Assembly (NCBI GenBank): GCA_036339735.1
Contig: JAYZAL010000001.1
Coordinates: 1 to 64,000 of the forward strand
Source of the DNA: Candidatus Poribacteria bacterium
Lineage (GTDB): Bacteria > Poribacteria > WGA-4E > UBA9662
Length of the DNA stretch: 64,000 nucleotides
Direction of reading: 5' to 3'
A program made the position numbers and the translations under genes. The notes below the pieces were generated by a model. That model saw only the letters and a program-made list of their open reading frames with translations, was not told the DNA's origin and did not search any database. Positions 1 to 8,399 of this stretch are shown one piece after another (position 1 is the first letter of the stretch; each line of letters opens with the position of its first letter).

Positions 1-141
1 GTCAGCCGCCCGGTTGATGCGAAGGCCGGAGGATAATCGTTCAATGTTTTGTTCCAAGCCGGCTTGGGAGTTGGAGTAGGATCGATACGTGTGAAATGAG
101 GTGGTGTTGGTGTTAACTCTGAATCCGCTTGCTAATGCCAT
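1..141 (-). CDS. fliC: Flagellin, 5' part only (runs off the window start; not in the ORF track)
   Basis: Manual translation of the minus strand gives MALASGFRVNTNTTSFHTYRSYSNSQAGLEQNIERLSSGLRINRAAD, which contains the flagellin N-terminal signature ERLSSGLRINRAAD. AGGAG RBS at 149-153; alternative in-frame ATG at 144. Confidence 0.93.
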   Translation of the reverse strand, partial: MALASGFRVNTNTTSFHTYRSYSNSQAGLEQNIERLSSGLRINRAAD

Positions 142-241
142 CATCTTGCTCCTGTTGTTCTAATCAATTCGGTCAATCTTGCGATAAGTTTGTTGCTTGC
201 TACCTCAGTCGTTTCTGCCAAGAACTGACTGGGTTGTTCTC

Positions 242-270
242 TTATCGGAGGTCTGGGTCATTTTGTTTAG
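242..270 (-). promoter_or_regulatory. Sigma-28 (FliA/SigD)-type promoter, proximal copy
   Basis: Minus strand CTAAA-N16-TCCGATAA, facing flagellin. Confidence 0.75.
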
Positions 271-339
271 TCTTTTTTTGACCCTGGTCTCCGCGGCTTA
301 GTCAGCGGCGATTGGCGCTTCAACTGACTGGCTGATTCC

Positions 340-368
340 TTATCGGTCAGACTAATCAATTTGTTTAG
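340..368 (-). promoter_or_regulatory. Sigma-28 (FliA/SigD)-type promoter, distal copy
   Basis: Minus strand CTAAA-N16-ACCGATAA, 98 bp from the first copy. Confidence 0.75.
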
Positions 369-449
369 CCGTTTGGGTTATTTTTTTCACTCTTCCTGCT
401 GAATCCCTGTCACAACTTGAGTTTACACTCATCAAAATGAATCCTGTCG

Positions 450-478
450 TTGGCACCCTTAGCAGTTTGTGGTATGAT
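450..478 (+). promoter_or_regulatory. Sigma-70-type promoter of the sulfatase operon
   Basis: TTGGCA-N17-TATGAT with TG extended -10, 25 bp before the ATG at 504. Confidence 0.5.
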
Positions 479-503
479 GACTAACAGTTGAAAAGGTAAT
501 CTA

Positions 504-1982
504 ATGACCCAGTCAGTCAACCAACCCAATCTACTTTATATCCATTCGGACCAACATGCTGCAGCAGTAGCGGGTTGCTACGGGGATCAACTGGTTCATA
601 CACCTAATTTGGATCAATTGGCTGCTGAAGGTATCGTCTTAGAAAATGTCTATTGTCCTTCACCTATCTGTACACCTTCTCGAATGTCAATGTTTTCCGG
701 TAGATTTCCATACGAAAATCAGGTTTGGACCAACTATCACACATTAGATTCAGGTATCCCAACCTTAGCTCATGCCATGGGAGCCGCAGGATACCAACCT
801 ATTTTATTTGGGCGGATGCATTCGATTGGTCCTGATCAATTACGTGGTTATACTGAACGGTACGTTGGCGATCATTGCTCCAACTATACGGAAAGTAGTG
901 ATGTAGATCACGGTGAATTGCAAGGGACACAAGGTCCTAGAAGAATCAGCCTGACCAAATCTGGAGCGGGTCAAAATGCTTATCAAGTCCATGACGAAGA
1001 TGTAGTGAAAGAAACTGTGGCTTATATAAACAAATTGGGGCAAGAAAGAAGAGAACTGTCCCAATCTGGGAAACCATTAACCCCATTTTGCCTAACTGTC
1101 GGTTTGATGCTACCGCATCAGCCATTTGTAGCTCGAAAGGAAGATTACCAACTCTATCAAGGGCAAATGAAGTTACCCAAAATACGACAACCGTTCTCTG
1201 ACCAACTTCATCCATTTATCCATTCATGGCGAAAAGAGACGGGAATTGAATCAGTGACAGAAGCTGAAATTTTGCGGGCTAGAACAGCCTACTGGGCTTT
1301 GGTAACTCGGATGGATAAATTGATTGGACAAATTTTGGACGTTTTACGGAAGAACAATTTGGACCAAAACACCTTAATTGTTTATATGTCGGATCATGGA
1401 GAACAGGTAGGCGAGCATGATTTATGGTGGAAACAAACATTTTATGAACACTCAGTTAAAGTCCCAGCTATTCTATGCTGGCCCGGCCAGTTACCAAAGG
1501 GGAAACGGTTTAGCCAAGTAATTAGCTCCTTAGATCTGAATGCAACATTATTGGGTGCACTATCAGCCCCATCTCTACCTAACAGTCGAGGCCGAAGTTT
1601 GTTGCCACTGATACAATCCGGTCAAACAGCCAATTGGCAAAATGTGGCTTTTTCTGAGTTTTGTACTCACGATAATCATCAGCATCGAATGATACGTCAG
1701 GATGAGTGGAAATTAAACTACTATCATGGCCAACCGGTCCAGTTATTTAATTTAGTCAATGATCCAGACGAATTGAATGATTTGGCTGATCAAACTCAAT
1801 ATGCGGATATTCAGCGACAATTGATTGATCGAATACTTGATGGCTGGGAGCCAAACCAGATTGCTGAAATCATAAAACGGAAGAAGGCTGACTACAACAT
1901 TATTTCTAACTGGGCAAAAAAAACCAAACCTACTGATCAGTACCGTTGGCAACTTCGTCCTGAGATGGACTACCTAGACTAA
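504..1982 (+). CDS. Sulfatase (formylglycine-dependent, choline-sulfatase-like)
   Basis: N-terminal PNLLYIHSDQH, CTPSR signature, SDHGE, WWKQ, DPDE; no signal peptide. Confidence 0.9.
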   Translation: MTQSVNQPNLLYIHSDQHAAAVAGCYGDQLVHTPNLDQLAAEGIVLENVYCPSPICTPSRMSMFSGRFPYENQVWTNYHTLDSGIPTLAHAMGAAGYQPILFGRMHSIGPDQLRGYTERYVGDHCSNYTESSDVDHGELQGTQGPRRISLTKSGAGQNAYQVHDEDVVKETVAYINKLGQERRELSQSGKPLTPFCLTVGLMLPHQPFVARKEDYQLYQGQMKLPKIRQPFSDQLHPFIHSWRKETGIESVTEAEILRARTAYWALVTRMDKLIGQILDVLRKNNLDQNTLIVYMSDHGEQVGEHDLWWKQTFYEHSVKVPAILCWPGQLPKGKRFSQVISSLDLNATLLGALSAPSLPNSRGRSLLPLIQSGQTANWQNVAFSEFCTHDNHQHRMIRQDEWKLNYYHGQPVQLFNLVNDPDELNDLADQTQYADIQRQLIDRILDGWEPNQIAEIIKRKKADYNIISNWAKKTKPTDQYRWQLRPEMDYLD

Positions 1983-2013
1983 AAAAACATAAATTGAGTG
2001 GGAAAAAGAAACA

Positions 2014-3255
2014 ATGAAAATAACCGAGATTGATGTTCGGCTAGTTGATGCCAACTTTCGAAATTTGATCATTACTCAAATACATACTAATAAGGGTATC
2101 ACTGGAGTTTCAGAAGTCGTCACCAAACGATTTGATGATGCTACCATGCATGCAGTCCGGAACTTAACTGAAAATATTGCCTTGGTTGGTAAAGACCCAC
2201 GACAGCCAGCATTACACTTTGAACGTATGTATCGAGATAACCAATGGACGATTGGTACCATTGCAGTTACTGCTATAAGCGCTATTGAAATGGCTATGTG
2301 GGACATCAAAGGGAAGGAAATTGGTAGACCGATATATGAATTGTTTGGAGGTCCAACCTTCGAAGATAAAATTCCAGTTTATTGTCATATCCCAGGTGGA
2401 AGTTCACCAACAGAGTTTGCTGATAATATTACCTCTGCTCGTCAAAGAGGTTATCGGGTAATGAAAACCACGTTACCTGTTTATTATGGGCAAGTAAAGC
2501 GAGTGTCACATGACGGTTCAGAATACGAAGCCAGTGGAGCAGCATATTCTGGGACCAAGGGCAAAGTTGATGGAAGTCAAAATGAACATCAATGGATTTC
2601 CAGTCAGATTATAGAAGAGATTATTGAATATTTTCAGTATGCTCGTCAGATACATGGGAAAAACGTAGAACTATGGGTAGATTGTCACGCTCGACTCAGC
2701 AGTGCTACCGCCATAAAACTGGTTCATGGCTTAAAAGGACTAGTTGATTTAATTGAAGAACCTGTGCCACCCGAAGATATTAGCGGGCTCCAAATCTTGA
2801 AACAGGCTAGCTATGCTTGCGGTGGTCCTAAAATTGCCGCAGGCGAACGGACCGCCACTATTTACGACCGGAACATGCTGCAGATGGTTACCAAACAAGC
2901 AATTGATATTTTCCAGCCAGACCTAGGTAACAGTGGAGGATTCGGTCAATTTCATGAGTTAGCGGGTGTTGCTGCCATGAATAATGTCGCATTAGCACCT
3001 CATAACCCAAACGGACCACTATCGGTGGCACAAGGATTACAGGCTATGGCCTTCATTCGAAATGGTCATATTTTAGAAACTGTCGGTAATCAGCAAGAAA
3101 CTCAACTTGCAGAAGAAATACTGAAAAACCCTCAAGTCATTCAAAGTCAGGATGGTTATATCAACTTACCTACTACTCCTGGCCTAGGGGTTGAATTAAA
3201 CCTAGCTGGCATTTTAGATAGACCATTCAAAAGATATTATCAAACAACCCGCTAA
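2014..3255 (+). CDS. Mandelate racemase/muconate lactonizing enzyme family (acid-sugar dehydratase-like)
   Basis: AISAIEMAMWDIKGK..G.PIYELFGG; metal ligands in WVDCH, LIEEP and AAGER; APHN; C-terminal PTTPGLGVE. Confidence 0.88.
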   Translation: MKITEIDVRLVDANFRNLIITQIHTNKGITGVSEVVTKRFDDATMHAVRNLTENIALVGKDPRQPALHFERMYRDNQWTIGTIAVTAISAIEMAMWDIKGKEIGRPIYELFGGPTFEDKIPVYCHIPGGSSPTEFADNITSARQRGYRVMKTTLPVYYGQVKRVSHDGSEYEASGAAYSGTKGKVDGSQNEHQWISSQIIEEIIEYFQYARQIHGKNVELWVDCHARLSSATAIKLVHGLKGLVDLIEEPVPPEDISGLQILKQASYACGGPKIAAGERTATIYDRNMLQMVTKQAIDIFQPDLGNSGGFGQFHELAGVAAMNNVALAPHNPNGPLSVAQGLQAMAFIRNGHILETVGNQQETQLAEEILKNPQVIQSQDGYINLPTTPGLGVELNLAGILDRPFKRYYQTTR

Positions 3256-3297
3256 CCGACGACTTAAATTAAATCACAAATCCTTCCGGAGAATTCA

Positions 3298-4680
3298 ATG
3301 CCTGATACAAGACCCAATATATTATGGTTATGTACTGATCAACAGCGTTACGACACAATTCATTGTTTGAATAATCCGTATATTCGTACTCCACATATTG
3401 ATCAATTAGTATCTGAAGGGGTAGCTTTTACTCATGCCTATTGCCAGTCCCCAATATGCACCCCTAGTCGAGCCAGTTTTTTGACTGGTATGTATCCTTC
3501 GTCGGTTCACGCTTGTATTAATGGCAATCAGATTTGGGATGAAGCAGCACCTTTAGTTACAAAAACCTTGGCTGATGCCGGATACGATTGTGGCTTAGCA
3601 GGCAAATTCCATCTATCAGGTGCACAAGGTCGAATTGAACCTCGCGTAAGCGATGGGTATCGTGTTTTTGATTGGTCGCATCATCCTGGGGATGACTGGG
3701 CCGAAGGACATGGCTATATAGATTGGATCAAATCGAAAGGACACGATTACCGACAAATGCTGGCTGAAAATGGTTACATTCCGAAAGAATTTCATCAGAC
3801 AACTTGGTGTGCAGACCGAACTATTGACTTTATGACCCAAGAACGAGAGGGACCATGGTTATTCAGTTTTAACTGCTTTGATCCTCATGCTCCCTTCGAT
3901 GCCCCACAAGAATTGGTAGACCGGTTTGATTTGGATCAACTTCCAGGCCCACTTTTTCAGTCTTCGGACCTCGAAGCCCAAAATCGATTGTCAGCTATTA
4001 ATTTCCAATCCGAACCTACTAACCCAGTTGATTTCAATGGCAAATTATACCAGGCTAAGTATTGGGCTATGGTCGAACTAATTGACGAAAACGTAGGACG
4101 TATTCTGGCTGCACTGGAAGAATCTGGCCAGAGAGAAAATACTATTGTCATTTTTACTTCTGATCATGGAGATATGACCGGGGATCATGGCCTACGATTG
4201 AAAGGATGTCGCTTTTATGAAGCACTAGTTAGGGTACCACTAATTATCTCCTACCCGGAAAAATTCGAATCTGGTTTGCGAACTGATGCTTTGGTGGAAT
4301 TAACGGACTTAGTTCCCACACTACTAGATGCTGCAAATTTACCGATTCCTGATCGGGTTCAGGGGAACTCTTTATGGCCTATTCTAAGTGGACAGACTAA
4401 TCCTGACTATCATCGAGATTTTGTCCGGTCGGAGTTTTACCAAGCTCTACCTGACAAGACTTCCTACGCAACTATGATTCGTGATCGACGATACAAATTG
4501 GTAAATTATCATGGTCATAATTTAGGTGAATTATTTGACTTAGACACTGACCCTGGTGAATTCAATAATCTTTGGGATGACGATAGCTATGCTGATATTC
4601 GATTTGGACTAATGAAACAAAGTTTTGATTCCTTGGCTTTAGCGGTTGATATTGGCACACCTCGAATTTCTGGTTATTAA
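3298..4680 (+). CDS. Sulfatase (formylglycine-dependent)
   Basis: RPNILWLCTDQQR, CTPSRAS, GKFHL, DPHAPF, SDHGD, DPGE. Confidence 0.92.
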   Translation: MPDTRPNILWLCTDQQRYDTIHCLNNPYIRTPHIDQLVSEGVAFTHAYCQSPICTPSRASFLTGMYPSSVHACINGNQIWDEAAPLVTKTLADAGYDCGLAGKFHLSGAQGRIEPRVSDGYRVFDWSHHPGDDWAEGHGYIDWIKSKGHDYRQMLAENGYIPKEFHQTTWCADRTIDFMTQEREGPWLFSFNCFDPHAPFDAPQELVDRFDLDQLPGPLFQSSDLEAQNRLSAINFQSEPTNPVDFNGKLYQAKYWAMVELIDENVGRILAALEESGQRENTIVIFTSDHGDMTGDHGLRLKGCRFYEALVRVPLIISYPEKFESGLRTDALVELTDLVPTLLDAANLPIPDRVQGNSLWPILSGQTNPDYHRDFVRSEFYQALPDKTSYATMIRDRRYKLVNYHGHNLGELFDLDTDPGEFNNLWDDDSYADIRFGLMKQSFDSLALAVDIGTPRISGY

Positions 4681-4703
4681 CGATGTTTGTAATTTGATCT
4701 AAA

Positions 4704-6212
4704 ATGACTACAAAATCTCCAAGGCCTAGGATTTTCGAGCGTATAGAGAATCCGATGTTAATTTTGGCAGGTTTAGCCATCTGTCTTTACCTCGGAAACT
4801 TAATAGGAATTTGGGCCAAAATGAATCTGGAATCAGTTTATTTTTGGGCTGCGTTATCTATTGATATAGTCTTTGTATTAGACTTGGTTATCAAAATTTC
4901 AATCCAACGTGGTGAGTATTTGCGTTCACCTTGGTTCCTAATTGACTTAATTTCAACATTACCAATTGTAGATGCGCTGATAACCCTTCCAGCTAGTAGT
5001 CAGGGCTTTCGTTTTGTACGTGGTTTCAGACTTTTCCGTGTCATGCGGACTCTGAGAACTTTGAGAATGTTACGAGCTCTGAATCTGCTGACGACAACAG
5101 AAAGCCAACAATTTTTTAAGCCTTCCAAGGTTTTTAACCGAACGATACAAGCTACAGTCTTAGTCTATACGCTTTTATTCACTGGACTTATTTTTGCTAT
5201 TTATTCCAAGGTAGGACCTGACAGTCCTCAGTTGTTAATGGACGCACAAATCACGGAGTTCTATTTGGTTCTTGGTTCCTTAATGGGAATGCTACTAACT
5301 GCTATTATCATGCGTTTTTTCATCTTAGAGATTACTAACCACCAATTTCAATCACTACTCGATTTAGCACTTCCATCTCAAGTATCCAACCATTTTCTTC
5401 GTAAGCCAAACGAATATCATCAAACCGTTAGTATGCCTGCTACTGTCATCTTCTGTGACCTGAAAGGTTTTACTCAGACTGTTGAGCAATTGGGCGGAGA
5501 TCTTCATACTCTCAAAACTCACCTTGAAGATGCTATGGCAGTAGTCACTGAAGCTCACAAAAAACATGACTTGATTATTGACAAGTATATTGGTGATGCG
5601 GTCATGTCATTTCGAGGTGGAAACCTAGTTACTGGGACAGCCGAAGACCACGCAATGCGAGTAGTCATGGCTACGCTTGATGGTATTCGAGCCTTACAAA
5701 AACTCAAAAATCCTTTTTTTAATGAAATGAAAATCGGAGGTGCTTCCTCAAAAAATGCTCTGATTGGTGCTTTTGGTTCTCGTAACCGGCTAAGCTATAC
5801 TATTTTGGGCGATCGGGTAAATTTGGCTGCCAGACTAGAATCTTCAATCTCTCATTGTCAGACTAGTAATCTATTTTGTGATTTAACTCAAAAGTTAACA
5901 AATAGTTGCGATCACTTTCTTTGGCGACGGTTCGGTCAATTAAGAGTAGCTGGAAAAGATGAAGCGGTGATAGTTCATGAAGTATTCTATGCTAAAGACT
6001 ATTCTGATACCACATGGATTGAGTACTTTCATCAGGCCCTTGAATATTTTGAACGAAAGGAAATTGCCCAAGCATTAGATAAATTCCAACAAGCCAATTC
6101 TTTTCGATCAGGTGGGGACCAAGCTTCTCAACAGTACATCAAGAATTGTGAAATTTTACTCCGGAATGGGTTCAATCAAAATTGGACACCCGTCTTCGAG
6201 CCCCAAAAATGA
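4704..6212 (+). CDS. Voltage-sensor (ion-transport S1-S4) domain fused to a class III adenylate cyclase
   Basis: S2 DIVFVLDLVIK, S3 WFLIDLISTLP, S4 with Arg at every third residue; cyclase motifs IFCDLKGFT, DKYIGDAVM, YTILGDRVNLAARLE; TPR-like tail. Confidence 0.88.
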   Translation: MTTKSPRPRIFERIENPMLILAGLAICLYLGNLIGIWAKMNLESVYFWAALSIDIVFVLDLVIKISIQRGEYLRSPWFLIDLISTLPIVDALITLPASSQGFRFVRGFRLFRVMRTLRTLRMLRALNLLTTTESQQFFKPSKVFNRTIQATVLVYTLLFTGLIFAIYSKVGPDSPQLLMDAQITEFYLVLGSLMGMLLTAIIMRFFILEITNHQFQSLLDLALPSQVSNHFLRKPNEYHQTVSMPATVIFCDLKGFTQTVEQLGGDLHTLKTHLEDAMAVVTEAHKKHDLIIDKYIGDAVMSFRGGNLVTGTAEDHAMRVVMATLDGIRALQKLKNPFFNEMKIGGASSKNALIGAFGSRNRLSYTILGDRVNLAARLESSISHCQTSNLFCDLTQKLTNSCDHFLWRRFGQLRVAGKDEAVIVHEVFYAKDYSDTTWIEYFHQALEYFERKEIAQALDKFQQANSFRSGGDQASQQYIKNCEILLRNGFNQNWTPVFEPQK

Positions 6213-6226
6213 AAGCACTTTTTCCA

Positions 6227-7270
6227 TTACACCCTCTGTGGCTGAATTAACCTTTTTCGTAGTTCTTCCCACTCATCATCTGCAAGTTGGGAATTGGTAT
6301 CTAACCGCTGTCCCTTCAATGCTGAACGATAAGCGGCCATGATAGCATTAAAACCCAACTTAGCAATAGAATACCTGCAGTGGTGTGGTCTGCTATCATC
6401 CTGCAACCAAGTTGCTATCGCTTGAGTAAAGCGGCGCTGGGCCAATATATCATCCTGACCAAAATTTGTAGGTTGGACAAATTGTGGTTCAGTATTATTC
6501 AGTAGATAACCCCAAGACCCATTTTCTCTCCACCAGATTCGACCTTTCGTTGCCCAGATATCAATATTACACCGCGGATTGCAGGATGGAAAATCTGCAC
6601 TTCCCAAAGCTTTCCTAGTTGATTCAAAGAAAGCACGAATTCCACCACTAAAAGTATAAGTTGCCATCAAATTTTCTGGACAATTTAGCCAATCTAAGTC
6701 GTAGGTTTCACCACCATCAATAGCTGCCCATACAGCAGTTGGCGCAACATCTCCAACTGCTAACAAAACTAAGTCCATCAAATGCGTGTCCATATCGGTG
6801 ATCTCACCCTCTGTACTTGCACGAACAAAATGAATCTGGCCTAGAGACTTCTCTGACTGGAACTGACGCAATTGGTCTGCAAAGGGTAAGTATCGCCGTT
6901 GGTGATTAACAATAATTTTCAACTTAGTTTCTTGTTCTGCTAGATCTAAAAGTTCAGCCTCCCGAGGCCGGAGTGCGATCGGCTTCTCAATTACCAAGGC
7001 CTGAACTCCAACTTTGGCCGCTGATTTTATCCAAATATGACGAGGTATAGTTGGCATAGTTACAACATGAACTATATCTGGTTGTTCCTTCTCCAACATT
7101 TCTTCATAGTTATCATAAACAGCCACATTCAGGAGGTCGGCTACATCTTTTCTACGTTGATTATCAGCCTCACAGATGGCAACGACTTCCATATTTTCTA
7201 GATCTTTGTAAGCCGCTGCGTGGTGAACCCCGCGACGTCCGCCGAGAATTGCCGTTCTGTAATTTTTCAC
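6227..7270 (-). CDS. Gfo/Idh/MocA family oxidoreductase
   Basis: N-terminal Rossmann fold, EKP motif, VNHQRRY, DMDTHLMD. Confidence 0.88.
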   Translation of the reverse strand: MKNYRTAILGGRRGVHHAAAYKDLENMEVVAICEADNQRRKDVADLLNVAVYDNYEEMLEKEQPDIVHVVTMPTIPRHIWIKSAAKVGVQALVIEKPIALRPREAELLDLAEQETKLKIIVNHQRRYLPFADQLRQFQSEKSLGQIHFVRASTEGEITDMDTHLMDLVLLAVGDVAPTAVWAAIDGGETYDLDWLNCPENLMATYTFSGGIRAFFESTRKALGSADFPSCNPRCNIDIWATKGRIWWRENGSWGYLLNNTEPQFVQPTNFGQDDILAQRRFTQAIATWLQDDSRPHHCRYSIAKLGFNAIMAAYRSALKGQRLDTNSQLADDEWEELRKRLIQPQRV

Positions 7271-7359
7271 CTGTTATTTCCTCCAGAATAATTGCATTTA
7301 ACCAATACAAACCTGATTCAAAAAAGATATATACTAGAATTGGTGAAATCAAAATTTCA

Positions 7360-7914
7360 TCAAAACTCTTTGATAGAAAGATTGCGGAATGCAACCTCTT
7401 GTGGCGGTCCAGAGTGGATCTGTAGTCCTATTAGGCCTGATCGCGCACCTGCTGGATCGTCAAGTTCTGCGGTTACGACTCCGTTCAGAATTTGCAAAAT
7501 ATGATCGCCTACGGCGAGGATTTGATATTGATTCCAATCATTCTCATTCAGAATCGATTCCACAATCTCAGGTTGATAATGAACTAAATGCCCACGTAAC
7601 ATCTCTTCGTAGAGTGCTCCCCAGCACCGATCGCCAATATCAGCTTGATAACCAGCCATATGCCCGTCTTCTTGTACTAAGCTACGAAACTGAATACCGC
7701 TGTTATATCCCCGCAGCCGTGTTTCACAAGTAAATGCGAAATTGGCGTATTCTTTCTCTGTTCTCAAAAAATCATTATAGCTGAGATTCTTGGTTGTTCG
7801 ACCAACTAGAATACTATCCTCAACCTTCCAAAGGTCTGGATCTCCAACCCAACCAGTTAAATCTTTGCCGTTAAAGAGAGAAGTGAAACCTGGTTTCGCA
7901 CTTACTGATTGCAT
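7360..7914 (-). CDS. DUF1080 (3-keto-disaccharide hydrolase family) protein
   Basis: SLFNGKDLTGW, NSGIQFRS, GYQADI, DWN.Y.I, GLIGLQIH, FRNL. Confidence 0.9.
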   Translation of the reverse strand: MQSVSAKPGFTSLFNGKDLTGWVGDPDLWKVEDSILVGRTTKNLSYNDFLRTEKEYANFAFTCETRLRGYNSGIQFRSLVQEDGHMAGYQADIGDRCWGALYEEMLRGHLVHYQPEIVESILNENDWNQYQILAVGDHILQILNGVVTAELDDPAGARSGLIGLQIHSGPPQEVAFRNLSIKEF

Positions 7915-8006
7915 TTTTAAGTCCTTTTCTTTTTGAAATTGACGTTTCTTTTCTGCTTTGAACTCAAGCTGAAAACCTTACAAAATCCTTCAAAAGGATT
8001 AATAGC

Positions 8007-8036
8007 ATACTACGCTAATTTACGTTAAGGTGTCAA
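8007..8036 (-). promoter_or_regulatory. Sigma-70-type promoter
   Basis: Minus strand TTGACA-N18-TAGTAT upstream of the DUF1080 gene. Confidence 0.45.
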
Positions 8037-8399
8037 ATGTTGAGTTGGCGACTAGTCATGGGTCGGCAGAAGATATCTTGTCGTATTACAACTAATTGGG
8101 AATAATAAATAGTTTTTAAGCTAATTGACTATTATCCAATTAAGACAGAACTATCAACTATCTGACCGAGATTCAAGGATCAAAATAATATGATTATTAA
8201 TTCGTGCGCAGGATGGGCTAGATTTTAGTAGATGAACGGTAAGCAAAACCTAAACTTATTTGAAGCAATCAGTGTTGCGAAGAATCATGAGATTTTTTTG
8301 AGCTATAATGTTGGTACAGAATCAAATTAGTCTTTAGTAATGCTCTCACACCTTATTAGTCGTAGGGAATTTTCACGCTCGTGCTTTAGTCTATATCTA

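Larger units (their letters stand above)
223..368. repeat. Imperfect direct repeat (two ~47-bp copies, 223-270 and 322-368), each carrying a sigma-28 box
   Basis: Both copies share AACTGACTGG...CTTATCGG...TTTGTTTAG. Confidence 0.8.

Noticed and set aside
223-368. Direct repeat as a CRISPR remnant
   Set aside because: Only two imperfect copies, no cas genes, and the repeat is explained by promoter boxes.
4704-6212. Cyclase fusion as a K+ channel
   Set aside because: No selectivity filter or pore helix between TM5 and TM6.
7915-8399. 485-bp spacer as an ncRNA or IS remnant
   Set aside because: No recognisable RNA family, terminal repeat pair or coding remnant beyond one promoter-like element.
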